Shown here: positions 50,304 to 60,820 of the stretch, piece after piece
How positions within the stretch are numbered: the first letter of the stretch is position 1
How the letters are laid out: each line of letters starts with the position of its first letter
Assembly: GCF_046317795.1 (NCBI RefSeq)
Contig: NZ_JBKCVI010000087.1
Location: forward strand, 3,438 to 67,437
Length of the DNA stretch: 64,000 nt
Direction: 5' to 3'
From: Flavobacterium sp.
GTDB taxonomy: Bacteria > Bacteroidota > Bacteroidia > Flavobacteriales > Flavobacteriaceae
The notes under the pieces: model-generated
Database searches by the model: none
Told to the model about the DNA's origin: nothing
Seen by the model: only the letters and a program-made list of their open reading frames with translations
Position numbers and translations under genes: made by a program

Positions 50304-51854
50304 ATGACAACATATCACTGGATTATATTTTTCCTTATAGTGCAACTAATTCACGGATTAGGAACATGGAAATTATATGAAAAAGCAGGAAGAAAAAGAT
50401 GGGAAGCTTTTGTTCCTATATACAATTCCATCGTATTAATGAAAATCATCAATCGACCAACATGGTGGACCGTTTTATTGTTTATTCCTATTATCAACTT
50501 AATAATGTTTCCGGTGGTTTGGGTAGAAACATTACGAAGTTTTGGCAAAAACTCAACAATGGATACACTTTTAGGAATTTTTACTTTTGGATTTTATATC
50601 TATTATATCAACTATACTCAAGACGTAACTCTCATTACCGATAGAAGTTTAATGGCTAGAACCAAAACTGGCGACACAATTAGCTCTTTGCTTTTTGCGA
50701 TTGTTGTGGCTACTTTGGTGCATACTTATGTGATGCAACCGTATACCATTCCAACTTCCTCATTGGAAAAATCATTATTGGTTGGTGATTTTCTTTTTGT
50801 GAGTAAATTTCATTATGGCGCTAGAACACCTATGACAACTGTAGCTGCACCAATGGTTCATGACACACTGCCATTAGTTAAAATAAAATCCTATTCCAGT
50901 TGGCCTCAACTACCCTATTTTAGATTTCCTGGTTTTCAAAAAATTCAGAAAAATGATATTGTTGTTTTCAACTGGCCAGCAGACACAGTTTACAAGTTCT
51001 TTGACACTTCAGGAAGAAGTATTTTAAAACCTATTGACAAGAAATCAAACTATGTAAAACGTTGTCAAGGAACACCAGGCGATTCTTTGCAAATCAAAAA
51101 CGGAACAGTATATATTAATGGAAAGGAATTAATTTTACCTGAAAGAGCAAAAACGCAGTATTCCTATTTTGTAACTTATGATATGAATGTGCCTATTGAT
51201 TTTGAATTTTTATTAAAAGATATTGGTTCTACAGATGGTGCAGGATTTAAAAATGAAGCTCGAGACACTTTATATTTAAGAGCGTTGACAGCCGAAGGTG
51301 CTAACCGTTTGCGAAATGTTCCGGGAATAAAATCAGTGACACAAGCGATTTCAAAAGAAGGTGAAAGTAATATCTTTAGTCATAATCCAAATTGGAATAG
51401 TGACAACTTTGGCCCTATTTACATTCCAGAAGCCGGAAAAACAGTAGCCTTAAATCTTCAAACACTACCATTTTATAAGAGAATTATTTCGGTTTATGAA
51501 AAACATGATTTAAAGGTTGTTGGAAATGATATTTACATTAATGATAAAAAAGTGACTTCCTATACGTTCCAAAAAAATTACTATTGGATGATGGGAGATA
51601 ACAGAAACAATTCAGAAGATAGTCGCTATTGGGGGTATGTTCCCGATGATCATATCGTAGGGAAACCTGTTTTTATTTGGATGAGTTGGGATACAAACGG
51701 AAAAGGTATCAACAAAATTCGTTGGGACAGATTATTTACAACTGTAAGTGGCGATGGTCAACCTCAATCCTACTTTAAGTATTTCCTTGGTTTACTGGTA
51801 TTGTATTTTGTGGGGGAATATTTTTGGAAAAAGAGAAAAGCAAGTAAAGTTTAA
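50304..51854 (+). CDS. lepB: Signal peptidase I (Bacteroidota long form with DUF5684 N terminus)
   Basis: IPTSSLE (catalytic Ser), YVKRC (Lys), MGDNRNNSEDSRYWG. Confidence 0.94.
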   Translation: MTTYHWIIFFLIVQLIHGLGTWKLYEKAGRKRWEAFVPIYNSIVLMKIINRPTWWTVLLFIPIINLIMFPVVWVETLRSFGKNSTMDTLLGIFTFGFYIYYINYTQDVTLITDRSLMARTKTGDTISSLLFAIVVATLVHTYVMQPYTIPTSSLEKSLLVGDFLFVSKFHYGARTPMTTVAAPMVHDTLPLVKIKSYSSWPQLPYFRFPGFQKIQKNDIVVFNWPADTVYKFFDTSGRSILKPIDKKSNYVKRCQGTPGDSLQIKNGTVYINGKELILPERAKTQYSYFVTYDMNVPIDFEFLLKDIGSTDGAGFKNEARDTLYLRALTAEGANRLRNVPGIKSVTQAISKEGESNIFSHNPNWNSDNFGPIYIPEAGKTVALNLQTLPFYKRIISVYEKHDLKVVGNDIYINDKKVTSYTFQKNYYWMMGDNRNNSEDSRYWGYVPDDHIVGKPVFIWMSWDTNGKGINKIRWDRLFTTVSGDGQPQSYFKYFLGLLVLYFVGEYFWKKRKASKV

Positions 51855-51980
51855 ATGTTTATAGTTTAAGAGTTTAAAGTTGTTTAAAAGTTTAAAGTTG
51901 TTTAAAAGTTTAAATTGTTGAATGTTACCGTAAAACAACCTTAAACCATATCAAACAACTTTAAACCATTTTAAACAAAC
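51849..51980. repeat. Inverted degenerate GTTTAAA/TTTAAAC tandem repeat
   Basis: Left arm (agtttaaagttgtttaaa)x2-like; right arm aaacaaccttaaacc...aaacaactttaaacc. Confidence 0.75.
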
Positions 51981-51984
51981 CGAA

Positions 51985-52605
51985 ATGAACCTTTTAATCC
52001 ATCCCTCCTACTTTCCCTCTATCAGTCATTTTGTGGCCATTGCACAAAGTGGCTTAGTGACTTTTGAAATGGATGATCATTTTCAAAAACAAACCAATAG
52101 GAACCGAATGTATATTTACAGTCCGAATGGTGTTCAGTTGCTCAATATTCCTATCAAACATTCCAAAACAGGGCATCAAAAAACGAAAGATGTCAAACTT
52201 GAAACGGCTTTTGATTGGCAAAAGCAACATTTCAAATCGCTTGAGGCGGCTTATAGAACTTCTCCTTTCTTTGAATATTTTGAAGATGCTATTCTGCCCA
52301 TTTTTCAAAAGAAACATACTTTTTTGATGGACTTAAACCTAGAAACTATGTCGGTAGTTTCTAAGTGTTTGGGTTTGGATTTTGACTATACTGAAACAAC
52401 TGAATATTTTCACGAAGTGGCTCATAAAAAGGATTTGCGCTACTTGGTGAATGGAAAAAAAGATACTTCAACTTTTGAAAAATACACTCAAGTTTTTGGT
52501 GAAAAGCACGGTTATCTGAATAATCTCTCTATTTTGGATTTGTTGTTTAACGAAGGGAGGCATGCTTTGGCGTATTTGAAGCGGCAGGAATTTACTACTC
52601 TATAA
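51985..52605 (+). CDS. WbqC family protein
   Basis: PSYFP, FQKQT.RNR, WQKQH.KSL...Y..SPFF, NLSILDLLFN.G. Confidence 0.9.
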   Translation: MNLLIHPSYFPSISHFVAIAQSGLVTFEMDDHFQKQTNRNRMYIYSPNGVQLLNIPIKHSKTGHQKTKDVKLETAFDWQKQHFKSLEAAYRTSPFFEYFEDAILPIFQKKHTFLMDLNLETMSVVSKCLGLDFDYTETTEYFHEVAHKKDLRYLVNGKKDTSTFEKYTQVFGEKHGYLNNLSILDLLFNEGRHALAYLKRQEFTTL

Positions 52606-53644
52606 AAGAAAGCCGTGTCATTATAGGAAAATGGTCGGAGTTTTCAAACTGGGAAAAGCTGGTAAAACTTTTTACTTTCATTTTCTTTTCGGCAAAGATG
52701 TAATCAATTCGTGCTGGATAATATTTAAACTTATATGTTTGACCAAAACCAGTTCCGGCTTCTTCAAAACAATCGTTTAAATCGGATTTGATGTTTCTGT
52801 AAACGTACGAAAACGGACTATTATTCATATCGCCACATATAATAATAGGATAATGACACTCCTTTTTATGCTTGACTAAAATCTCTGCTTGATGCTCTTG
52901 TGTTTTAAAAGCGTCTCGAATTCTACCAAAAAGCAGTTGGGATTTACTTTGGTCAATTACATCGACATTATCTTCAATTTCATTAACATCAGGGGAAATT
53001 TTTATCGATTGCAAATGAATATTGTACACTCTGATGGTGTCTTTCCCTTTTCGAATATCGGCATAAATTATATTATTTCCGGCTTCGGGAATTTTAAAAT
53101 CCCCTTGATTAAAAATTGGAAATTTAGAGAAAATGGCCTGACCCGTTTTGATTTTTTTGCCCGACATAAATATGGCTTTGTATTTGTAGACTCTCAAATC
53201 AACTTTGGCATTTTCGGAATATTCTTGTATGCACAAAATATCTGGATTTTGTTCGTTGATAAAAGTCAAAATAGTTTCGCCAACATTTTCATCGGGAATC
53301 CATTTAAAAATATTAAACAGTCGAACATTGTAGCTCATCACTGTGAAATCCTTTTCCTCTTCAGCTGAATTGGTTGAGGAAAATTTATAAAACTTATTGA
53401 TGAAAGTTATTCCGAGTAACAATACCATTCCCGAAAGGATAACTTGTCGTTTCAGTTGAAGCAACCAATAGAGAAAAAACAAGCCGTTTAAAATGAGAAA
53501 CAAAGGCAAAATTAAGGTCAAAACCGAAAGTAATGGAAATAATTTTGGTGCCAAAAATGGTAACACATAAGCAATAAAAGTCAATACAGTCAACACTATA
53601 TTGAATGCGAATACCACTTTATTAAACCACGACAATTTTTTCAA
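52595..53644 (-). CDS. Endonuclease/exonuclease/phosphatase family membrane protein
   Basis: SYNV, LCIQE, HLQS, CGDMN, RIDYIF, SDHFP. Confidence 0.9.
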   Translation of the reverse strand: MKKLSWFNKVVFAFNIVLTVLTFIAYVLPFLAPKLFPLLSVLTLILPLFLILNGLFFLYWLLQLKRQVILSGMVLLLGITFINKFYKFSSTNSAEEEKDFTVMSYNVRLFNIFKWIPDENVGETILTFINEQNPDILCIQEYSENAKVDLRVYKYKAIFMSGKKIKTGQAIFSKFPIFNQGDFKIPEAGNNIIYADIRKGKDTIRVYNIHLQSIKISPDVNEIEDNVDVIDQSKSQLLFGRIRDAFKTQEHQAEILVKHKKECHYPIIICGDMNNSPFSYVYRNIKSDLNDCFEEAGTGFGQTYKFKYYPARIDYIFAEKKMKVKSFTSFSQFENSDHFPIMTRLSFIE

Positions 53645-53712
53645 AAAAAATTACAATTTAAAAATTACAAATTCCAATATAAAAAAACTAAACAAATATG
53701 CAAAGAATAAAA

Positions 53713-54576
53713 CTACTTGCCAGTCCTAAAAAGAAACTCTTTCTCTTCTGTGGTCAAGCTGTCATAACCCGATTTGCTGATTTTATCTAAGATTTCGTCA
53801 ATTTGTTGCTGCGTTTTATCTTTGGTAACAATTTTACTATTTCTTTTTTCAATAGGTTTTTTGGAATTTACGTGAACTCTTTTGAAGGTTGTTGCTTTTT
53901 TTGTGCTGAACAATGAAACGAAGAATTCTATAACTGAGCTTACTATACGGCTTAAATCAGTTCCATTTTGTAATAACTTAATGTAAATATAACCAAAAAA
54001 AGCTCCGCTCAAATGTGCAATGTGTCCGCCAGTATTGTCTATTTGAATTTGCAATAAATCTAAGATAAGCAACACAGCAGTAATGTGCCATAGTTTTACA
54101 TTTCCAATTAATAGTAAACGTAATTCCATTAAGGGTTGATAAGTAGTAGTGGCAACCAACAATGCCATAACAGCTGCCGAAGCACCAACCATCATTGAAG
54201 ATTTTCCTAGTAAATAAAAACTCAAGACATAAACCAATCCTGCAAAAATAGCACTCAAAATATACAATCCTAGATATTGTTTTTGGGTAAAAAAGGTTAA
54301 AAACAGTCTACTCGTGAAGTTTAAAACCATCATATTAAAAAACAAATGCAAAAATCCGTAATGAAAAAAAGCATACGTCAATAATGTCCATGGTCTAGTC
54401 AAAACAACAGTTGGCTCAGATGAAACGGCCAACCAATTGGGATAATCAAAAACGCCCAACTTAAATTGGTAAAATAAAGGTATGGATATCAAAAAGATAC
54501 CCACATTCCAATAAATCATTTTATTGGCTATGCCGCCTATTCTGTATTGTAATTTTAGATCTTCAATGATACTCAT
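53713..54576 (-). CDS. Rhomboid family intramembrane serine protease
   Basis: H.GFLHLFFNM, GASAA, GHIAHLSGA; start 54576 preferred. Confidence 0.92.
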   Translation of the reverse strand: MSIIEDLKLQYRIGGIANKMIYWNVGIFLISIPLFYQFKLGVFDYPNWLAVSSEPTVVLTRPWTLLTYAFFHYGFLHLFFNMMVLNFTSRLFLTFFTQKQYLGLYILSAIFAGLVYVLSFYLLGKSSMMVGASAAVMALLVATTTYQPLMELRLLLIGNVKLWHITAVLLILDLLQIQIDNTGGHIAHLSGAFFGYIYIKLLQNGTDLSRIVSSVIEFFVSLFSTKKATTFKRVHVNSKKPIEKRNSKIVTKDKTQQQIDEILDKISKSGYDSLTTEEKEFLFRTGK

Positions 54577-54601
54577 ACTAAATTTTAAAACTATTTGTTT
54601 A

Positions 54602-54695
54602 TTAAACCACAAAGGGCACTAAGTTTTGCACGATGCTCACAAAGTTTAAGAAAAAATTGTGGACTTTGTGGCTACTTTGTGTGCTTAGTGGTTAA
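54602..54695. repeat. Inverted degenerate nonamer repeat (CACWAAG / CTTWGTG)
   Basis: ttaaaccacaaagggcactaag...cacaaag versus ctttgtggctactttgtgtgcttagtggttaa. Confidence 0.75.
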
Positions 54696-54697
54696 AT

Positions 54698-55459
54698 TTA
54701 ATCCCACCTATTTTTATTAAACGAATTTTTCTTCCAATACCACATCATTAAAAACCCGCACAAAGCACCACCAATATGAGCAAAGTGAGCAATTCCCGTT
54801 CCGCCATTACCAAAAAGTGAGTTGCCTTTAAATCCTAAAAATAAATCAATGGCGATAATTCCAGGTACAAAATACTTGGCTTTTATCGGAACTGGAATAA
54901 ATAATAAAGCCAACTCAGCATTGGGAAACATAAACGCAAAAGCTGTCAACAATCCATAAATAGCACCAGAAGCTCCAAGAGATGGTGTATTGAAAGAAAA
55001 ATACAATTCCTCAATAGTTGATAATGGAACCAATTCCAATACTTTATCATTATACTTCCCTTCTTTTATTATAGCAGTTATAATATCTTGTGGAATATTT
55101 ACACTTTGCAAAGCTTCTAAAGCATGTTGATATTCTAAATAATTTACGCCAACATGCAATAAAGCCGCACCCAATCCGCAGGAAATATAAAAGAAAATAA
55201 ACTTTTTTGCTCCCCAAAAATGCTCCAAAGCACTACCAAAAGAAACCAAAGCAAACATATTAAATACAATATGCATTAAATTGGGCATTGGCGCATGCAT
55301 AAACATACTAGTGAGTGGTTGCCAAAATCGGAAATTAGGATTTTGTGGTGGATACATTGAAAATAGTTGATAAACAAAATCGCCATTGATATTGGAACCA
55401 ATGTAAAATATAATATTGATAATCAGTAACTGCTTAACAGTATTGGTCATTTGCATCAT
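54698..55459 (-). CDS. Rhomboid family intramembrane serine protease
   Basis: WQPLTSMFMH, HIVFNM, GASGAIYG, AHFAHIGG. Confidence 0.93.
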   Translation of the reverse strand: MMQMTNTVKQLLIINIIFYIGSNINGDFVYQLFSMYPPQNPNFRFWQPLTSMFMHAPMPNLMHIVFNMFALVSFGSALEHFWGAKKFIFFYISCGLGAALLHVGVNYLEYQHALEALQSVNIPQDIITAIIKEGKYNDKVLELVPLSTIEELYFSFNTPSLGASGAIYGLLTAFAFMFPNAELALLFIPVPIKAKYFVPGIIAIDLFLGFKGNSLFGNGGTGIAHFAHIGGALCGFLMMWYWKKNSFNKNRWD

Positions 55460-57306
55460 AAGCTGAATTTTTTATCTAAATCTTCCACACTCATCGTGAT
55501 GAAAGTTGGTTTTTGAAATGGGGACATATTGGGTTCTCTACAAGCAAAAAGATTGTGAACTAAGTTTTCTTGTTCTTTTTCAGTTAAATAGGTTCCTGTT
55601 CTTACAGCTAAACTTTTGGCCATTGACTTGGCAATCGTATCATTTTGCGAAAAACTACTATCTGGAATTCCATTTTGTAAATCGGTTAGCAAATCATCCA
55701 AAACAATAGAAGCTTTACTTTCAGAAATCGTAACAGGTAAACCTGAAACTAAAATAAAATCGTCTTTAATCTCATCAAAAATAAATCCTAAATTCTCCAA
55801 TGGCAATTGTAATTCGGTAATTAATTTTATTTCATTGGAAGAAAAATACAGTTCCAAAGGAAACAACAATTGCTGACTTGACGCTTGATTTACCGTCATG
55901 CTAGTCAAAAATTCCTCATACAATACACGCTCATGTGCTCGTTTTTGATTAATAATTACCATACCCGATTTTATTGGACTGACAATGTATTTTTTATGAA
56001 TTTGATAGGTTCTTTTAACTTCTTGTTCCACATCGGTTTCGTCAAATAAAGAAGAAGTAACTGACTCGTTCTCAAAAGTCATTTCAGCAATTTCTTGTCC
56101 AGCTTGTTTTAAACCCACATACAAACTTTCCCAACTCGGTTGTGCTTCAGGTTTTTTATAATTTGAGGAAAAGGAAAACGATTTATTGGGTCTGTCCTCA
56201 GAAAAAGGATTGAAGTTGCTATCCACTTGAATAGTTGGATAATCCGCTTTTTTATTTTGATATTGATAAGGTGTGTCGAGACTTGGGTCACGGTCAAAAT
56301 CCAAAACGGGTGCTACATTAAATTGTCCCAAACTGTGTTTGATGGCCGAACGCAAAATAGCGTACAAAGCATGTTCATCGTCAAACTTAATTTCGGTTTT
56401 GGTAGGATGAATATTGATGTCAATGGTGTGAGGTGGCACATCGAGATAGAGAAAATAGCTGGGTTGTGCACCGTCTTTGAGCAACCCTTCATATGCTGCC
56501 ATTACCGCATGATGGAGGTAACCACTTTTGATAAAACGATTATTGACAAAAAAGAATTGTTCTCCTCTATTTTTCTTAGAAAACTCTGGTTTACCAATAA
56601 ATCCATGAAGATTGACGATTTCGGTTTCTTCTTTTACCGGAACTAATTTCTCATTGGTTTTACCCGAAAAAATAGTCACAATACGTTGTCTGAAATTAGA
56701 AATTGGCAAATTGAACATTTCGCTTCCATTGTGATACATCGTGAAATGAATATTGGGATGCGCCAATGCCACGCGCTGGAATTCATCCACAATATGGCGC
56801 TGTTCCACTGTTTCCGATTTTAAGAAATTGCGTCGTGCTGGAATATTAAAAAACAAATTCTTAATTGAAAACGATGTTCCTTTTGGCAAAACCGCTGGTT
56901 CTTGAGAGACAAACTTACTACCTTCAATAATAATGTGCGTTCCTAATTCTTCTTGGTCTTGTTTGGTTTTCATTTCCACATGTGCAATCGCTGCAATGGA
57001 AGCTAATGCTTCACCACGAAAACCTTTAGTATGTATGGAGAATAAATCTTCGGCATGACGGATTTTAGAAGTCGCATGACGCTCAAAACACAAACGCGAA
57101 TCGGTAACACTCATACCCAAACCATTATCAATAACTTGAACCAATGATTTTCCTGCATCTTTAATAATCAATTTAATGTCTGTCGCTTTGGCATCAACGG
57201 CATTCTCTAGTAACTCTTTGACAACAGAAGCGGGTCTTTGCACGACTTCTCCAGCGGCAATTTGGTTGGCAACATGATCGGGAAGTAATTGAATTATGCT
57301 CGACAT
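55456..57306 (-). CDS. mutL: DNA mismatch repair protein MutL
   Basis: NQIAAGEVVQRP, DNGLGM, HATSK, GFRGEALAS, NIHPTK. Confidence 0.97.
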   Translation of the reverse strand: MSSIIQLLPDHVANQIAAGEVVQRPASVVKELLENAVDAKATDIKLIIKDAGKSLVQVIDNGLGMSVTDSRLCFERHATSKIRHAEDLFSIHTKGFRGEALASIAAIAHVEMKTKQDQEELGTHIIIEGSKFVSQEPAVLPKGTSFSIKNLFFNIPARRNFLKSETVEQRHIVDEFQRVALAHPNIHFTMYHNGSEMFNLPISNFRQRIVTIFSGKTNEKLVPVKEETEIVNLHGFIGKPEFSKKNRGEQFFFVNNRFIKSGYLHHAVMAAYEGLLKDGAQPSYFLYLDVPPHTIDINIHPTKTEIKFDDEHALYAILRSAIKHSLGQFNVAPVLDFDRDPSLDTPYQYQNKKADYPTIQVDSNFNPFSEDRPNKSFSFSSNYKKPEAQPSWESLYVGLKQAGQEIAEMTFENESVTSSLFDETDVEQEVKRTYQIHKKYIVSPIKSGMVIINQKRAHERVLYEEFLTSMTVNQASSQQLLFPLELYFSSNEIKLITELQLPLENLGFIFDEIKDDFILVSGLPVTISESKASIVLDDLLTDLQNGIPDSSFSQNDTIAKSMAKSLAVRTGTYLTEKEQENLVHNLFACREPNMSPFQKPTFITMSVEDLDKKFSL

Positions 57307-57473
57307 TTATTCTGTTTGTAGTTTATTGTTTTTGGTTTATGAGAAAAAACCAAAGTAAGCAAATTTAAGGAAAAAGTATTGGGATTTGTTGTTAATAATT
57401 GCCTAAAAATAAAAAAATCTATTCCGTTTTGAATAGAATGATTGTATAATTAGAAAGCAAATAATCAAATAGT

Positions 57474-57956
57474 TTATCTCTTCAAATCAGCCATTTTAAT
57501 AGCGGCAATGGCGGCTTCTGTTCCTTTGTTTCCATGAATTCCGCCACTTCTATCAATGGATTGTTGCTCGTTGTTATCGGTTAGTACACAAAAAATTATA
57601 GGAATATCACCCTCAGCATTAAGCATGGCAATACCATTAGTAACTCCTTGGCATACAAAATCAAAATGCATCGTTTCGCCTTTAATTACTGAACCTATAG
57701 CTATTATCACATCAAAGTCGCGTGATTTCATCATTTGTTTTGCAGCATAAATCAACTCAAAACTACCAGGAACATTTTGACGTACAATGTTATCGGGCAA
57801 AGCGCCACAATCTAATAAAGCAGCTTCGGCACCAGTATACAATCCGTTAGTGATGTGGTCATTCCATTCTGAAACAACAATCCCAAACCGAAAGTCCTTC
57901 GCGTTTGGGATCGTGTTTTTATCGTATTGGGATAAGTTTTTGTTTGCCGTAGCCAT
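57474..57956 (-). CDS. ribH: 6,7-dimethyl-8-ribityllumazine synthase
   Basis: VVSEWN, VPGSFEL, GSVIKGET.HF, GNKG.EAA. Confidence 0.96.
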   Translation of the reverse strand: MATANKNLSQYDKNTIPNAKDFRFGIVVSEWNDHITNGLYTGAEAALLDCGALPDNIVRQNVPGSFELIYAAKQMMKSRDFDVIIAIGSVIKGETMHFDFVCQGVTNGIAMLNAEGDIPIIFCVLTDNNEQQSIDRSGGIHGNKGTEAAIAAIKMADLKR

Positions 57957-57964
57957 TTTTTTAA

Positions 57965-58034
57965 AGTGTTCAGTTATCAGTTGTTAGTGTTCAGCATCTT
58001 TTACTGCCAACTAAACACTGAATACTGATAACTA
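57965..58034. repeat. Inverted degenerate heptamer repeat (TCAGTKW / ACTGA)
   Basis: agtgttcagttatcagttgttagtgttcagc ... actgccaactaaacactgaatactgataact. Confidence 0.75.
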
Positions 58035-58035
58035 T

Positions 58036-58824
58036 TTATTGTGCTAATCCAATCAATGCATCAATTTGTTGGCTTTCTGGTGAAGCATCATAATTGTCTT
58101 TGATGTCAGTGAAATACTTTAAAGCATCGACTTTATTTCCTAATGCTAAAGCAGTTTTACCTGCTTTTAATAAATATCTAGGTCTTGTAAAATCATTTTT
58201 ACTAGCATCGGCTGCTTTTAAATAAAAATCTAATGCTTCTTTTGACTTGTTTTGTTGAGCATAAGCATCACCAATAGCTCCTTTTGCCAGAGTACTAAGC
58301 ATAATGTCATCGGAAGAAAATTTCTCTAAACTTGTAACCGCTTCTGCATATTTTCCAGTATTCAAATAAGCTATACCAGCATAGTAATTGGCTAAATTTC
58401 CAGCATCTGTTCCTGAGTATTCTTCAGCAATTTTTATTGCACCAAATTTTCCTTCTGAACCTTTTAAAACCAAGTTGTATAATGAATCAGCTTTATTGGC
58501 TGTATCATCCACTGCTTTTTGGAAATTTTGTTGAAGCACAAATAATTCTTCTGCACCTTCTTGTTGTTTTGGATCGGCAATGAACTTGTCATAAGCAAAA
58601 TATCCTACTACAACTACAACCACTGCTAAAAGAGACCCTAAAATAAATTTTTGGTTTTTTGCTATAAAATCTTCTGCTTTGGATGCTGATTGATCGAGAG
58701 CATCAAATGCTTTAGCCGTTGTACTGTCTTTTTCATCAACATTTACATTTTCGATGTAATTGTTGTCTAATTTCTCTGCTTTTTCTTTTGGTGCTTTATA
58801 TCCTCTTTTGTTGTACGTTGCCAT
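58036..58824 (-). CDS. Tetratricopeptide repeat membrane protein (YfgM-like)
   Basis: Single TM, then TPR helices (NLANYYAG..Y, GAIGDAY). Confidence 0.82.
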   Translation of the reverse strand: MATYNKRGYKAPKEKAEKLDNNYIENVNVDEKDSTTAKAFDALDQSASKAEDFIAKNQKFILGSLLAVVVVVVGYFAYDKFIADPKQQEGAEELFVLQQNFQKAVDDTANKADSLYNLVLKGSEGKFGAIKIAEEYSGTDAGNLANYYAGIAYLNTGKYAEAVTSLEKFSSDDIMLSTLAKGAIGDAYAQQNKSKEALDFYLKAADASKNDFTRPRYLLKAGKTALALGNKVDALKYFTDIKDNYDASPESQQIDALIGLAQ

Positions 58825-59003
58825 CTATCTTTAATTTAGTGTGCGCAAAAATAAAATTTTTATTCATATTTAAAAGCTATTTTTATCGATATTTTTGAAT
58901 AATTTGCACCTCTTTACTTTGGAAATATGGATTCAGCGCATTGAAATTGCTTTTTTCCTTTACAAGTAAGGAGTTTACACACTAATTTTAAACAAAAGCT
59001 AAA

Positions 59004-60083
59004 TTGTTTTTAAAGCGAATTTCAGTACTCAATTACAAAAATTTTTCAGACGCCACATTCGAGTTTGACCACAAGATTAATTGTTTCGTGGGAAAAAATG
59101 GCATTGGAAAAACCAATATCCTTGATTCAATCTATCATTTGGCAAATGGAAAAAGTTATTTCAATCCTTTGGCTGTGCAAAATATCAAGCACGGTGAAGA
59201 GTTTTTTGTAATTGATGGTGAATTTGAAATCAACAGTCGAATGGAACAAATAGTGTGTAGTTTAAAGAAAGGACAAAAGAAAACCTTAAAACGCAACAGC
59301 AAACCATACGAAAAATTCTCTGATCATATTGGCTTTATTCCATTAGTTATTATTTCGCCTGCCGACAGAGATTTGATTGTTGAAGGAAGTGAAACGCGAA
59401 GAAAGTTTATTGATAGTGTTATTTCGCAATTAGACAATTCCTACTTACAAAAACTAATTCAATATCAAAAAGTAATTATTCAGCGCAATGCTTTGTTGAA
59501 ATATTTTGCGTTGAACCATGTTTTTGAAAAAGATACGCTGAGTATTTATAACGAACAGTTAATTTCCTTTGGGCAGACAATTTTTGAAAAAAGAAAAACT
59601 TTTTTAACGGATTTTATACCTATTTTCAATAAATACCATCAAGAAATCACCAATTCTGCCGAAACTGTGCAGCTAGTCTATCAAAGTGATTTGTTTGAAA
59701 AAGATACGTTCACCTTATTAGAAGAAAACCTCAATAAAGACAGAGCTTTACAATATACTTCAGTTGGGGTTCACAAAGATGATTTGTCTTTTGAAATTGA
59801 TCATTATCCGATTAAAAAGTTTGGTTCACAAGGGCAACAAAAATCATTTCTCATTGCTTTAAAATTAGCCCAATTTGATTTTGTAAAAAAACGAAGTGGT
59901 GAAAAACCCATTTTGCTTTTTGATGATATTTTTGATAAGTTAGATGAATTCCGAGTGAGCAAAATAATTGAAATGGTTAACAATGAAGAGTTCGGGCAAT
60001 TATTCATTTCGGACACACATCCAGAACGAACCGAAAACATAGTAAAAACAACCCATCAGAGTTATAAAATATTTAACCTTTAG
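59004..60083 (+). CDS. recF: DNA replication/repair protein RecF
   Basis: [43 protein letters not shown]. Confidence 0.96.
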   Translation: MFLKRISVLNYKNFSDATFEFDHKINCFVGKNGIGKTNILDSIYHLANGKSYFNPLAVQNIKHGEEFFVIDGEFEINSRMEQIVCSLKKGQKKTLKRNSKPYEKFSDHIGFIPLVIISPADRDLIVEGSETRRKFIDSVISQLDNSYLQKLIQYQKVIIQRNALLKYFALNHVFEKDTLSIYNEQLISFGQTIFEKRKTFLTDFIPIFNKYHQEITNSAETVQLVYQSDLFEKDTFTLLEENLNKDRALQYTSVGVHKDDLSFEIDHYPIKKFGSQGQQKSFLIALKLAQFDFVKKRSGEKPILLFDDIFDKLDEFRVSKIIEMVNNEEFGQLFISDTHPERTENIVKTTHQSYKIFNL

Positions 60084-60122
60084 TTTGTTACAAATTTGTA
60101 ATTTCGCATAAAATTTATACCT

Positions 60123-60818
60123 ATGAATTCGAAAATTATTTCCCTGTCATTGATTTGTTTACTTTTCTTAAGTTGTCAAGGGCAACAAACAAAAACTGTT
60201 CAAACGGTGGATGTAACGGCTTTTGCCGAAAAACTAAAAGCAACGGATAAAGCGCAATTATTAGATGTTAGAACTCCTGAAGAATTTAGCTCTGGACATA
60301 TTGAAAATGCTACTAATGTAAACTGGAATGGTGATGATTTCGTAGCCAAAGCTGAGAACTATGACAAATCAAAACCGGTTTTTGTGTATTGCAAAGTTGG
60401 TGGAAGAAGTGCACAAGCGGCCGATAAATTAGCCGAACTGGGTTTTAATGAAGTATATAACCTTGAAGGCGGCATTATGAAATGGAATGCCTCTGGTAAT
60501 GCAAAGCCATCAGAAAAAATAATAGGAATTTGTGATCAAGAATATGGTGAGCTCATAAAATCAAGTGAACGAGTGATGATTGATTTTAATGCCAAATGGT
60601 GTGCGCCTTGTAAAAAAATGAACCCTTATATTTTGAAATTTCAAAGGGAAATGGCAGACAAAATTAAGATTGTCCAATTTGATGCCGATGAAAATAAAAC
60701 TATTGTTGACCAACTAAAATTAGATGGTTTACCCGTAATTATTGTTTATGAAAAAGGGAAAGAAGTGTGGCGAAATGTGGGCTATATTTCGGAAGAAGAG
60801 TTACGCAAACATTTATAA
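60123..60818 (+). CDS. Rhodanese-thioredoxin two-domain lipoprotein
   Basis: Lipobox FLSC; LDVRTPEE...YCKVGGRS; WCAPC. Confidence 0.85.
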   Translation: MNSKIISLSLICLLFLSCQGQQTKTVQTVDVTAFAEKLKATDKAQLLDVRTPEEFSSGHIENATNVNWNGDDFVAKAENYDKSKPVFVYCKVGGRSAQAADKLAELGFNEVYNLEGGIMKWNASGNAKPSEKIIGICDQEYGELIKSSERVMIDFNAKWCAPCKKMNPYILKFQREMADKIKIVQFDADENKTIVDQLKLDGLPVIIVYEKGKEVWRNVGYISEEELRKHL

Positions 60819-60820
60819 TT

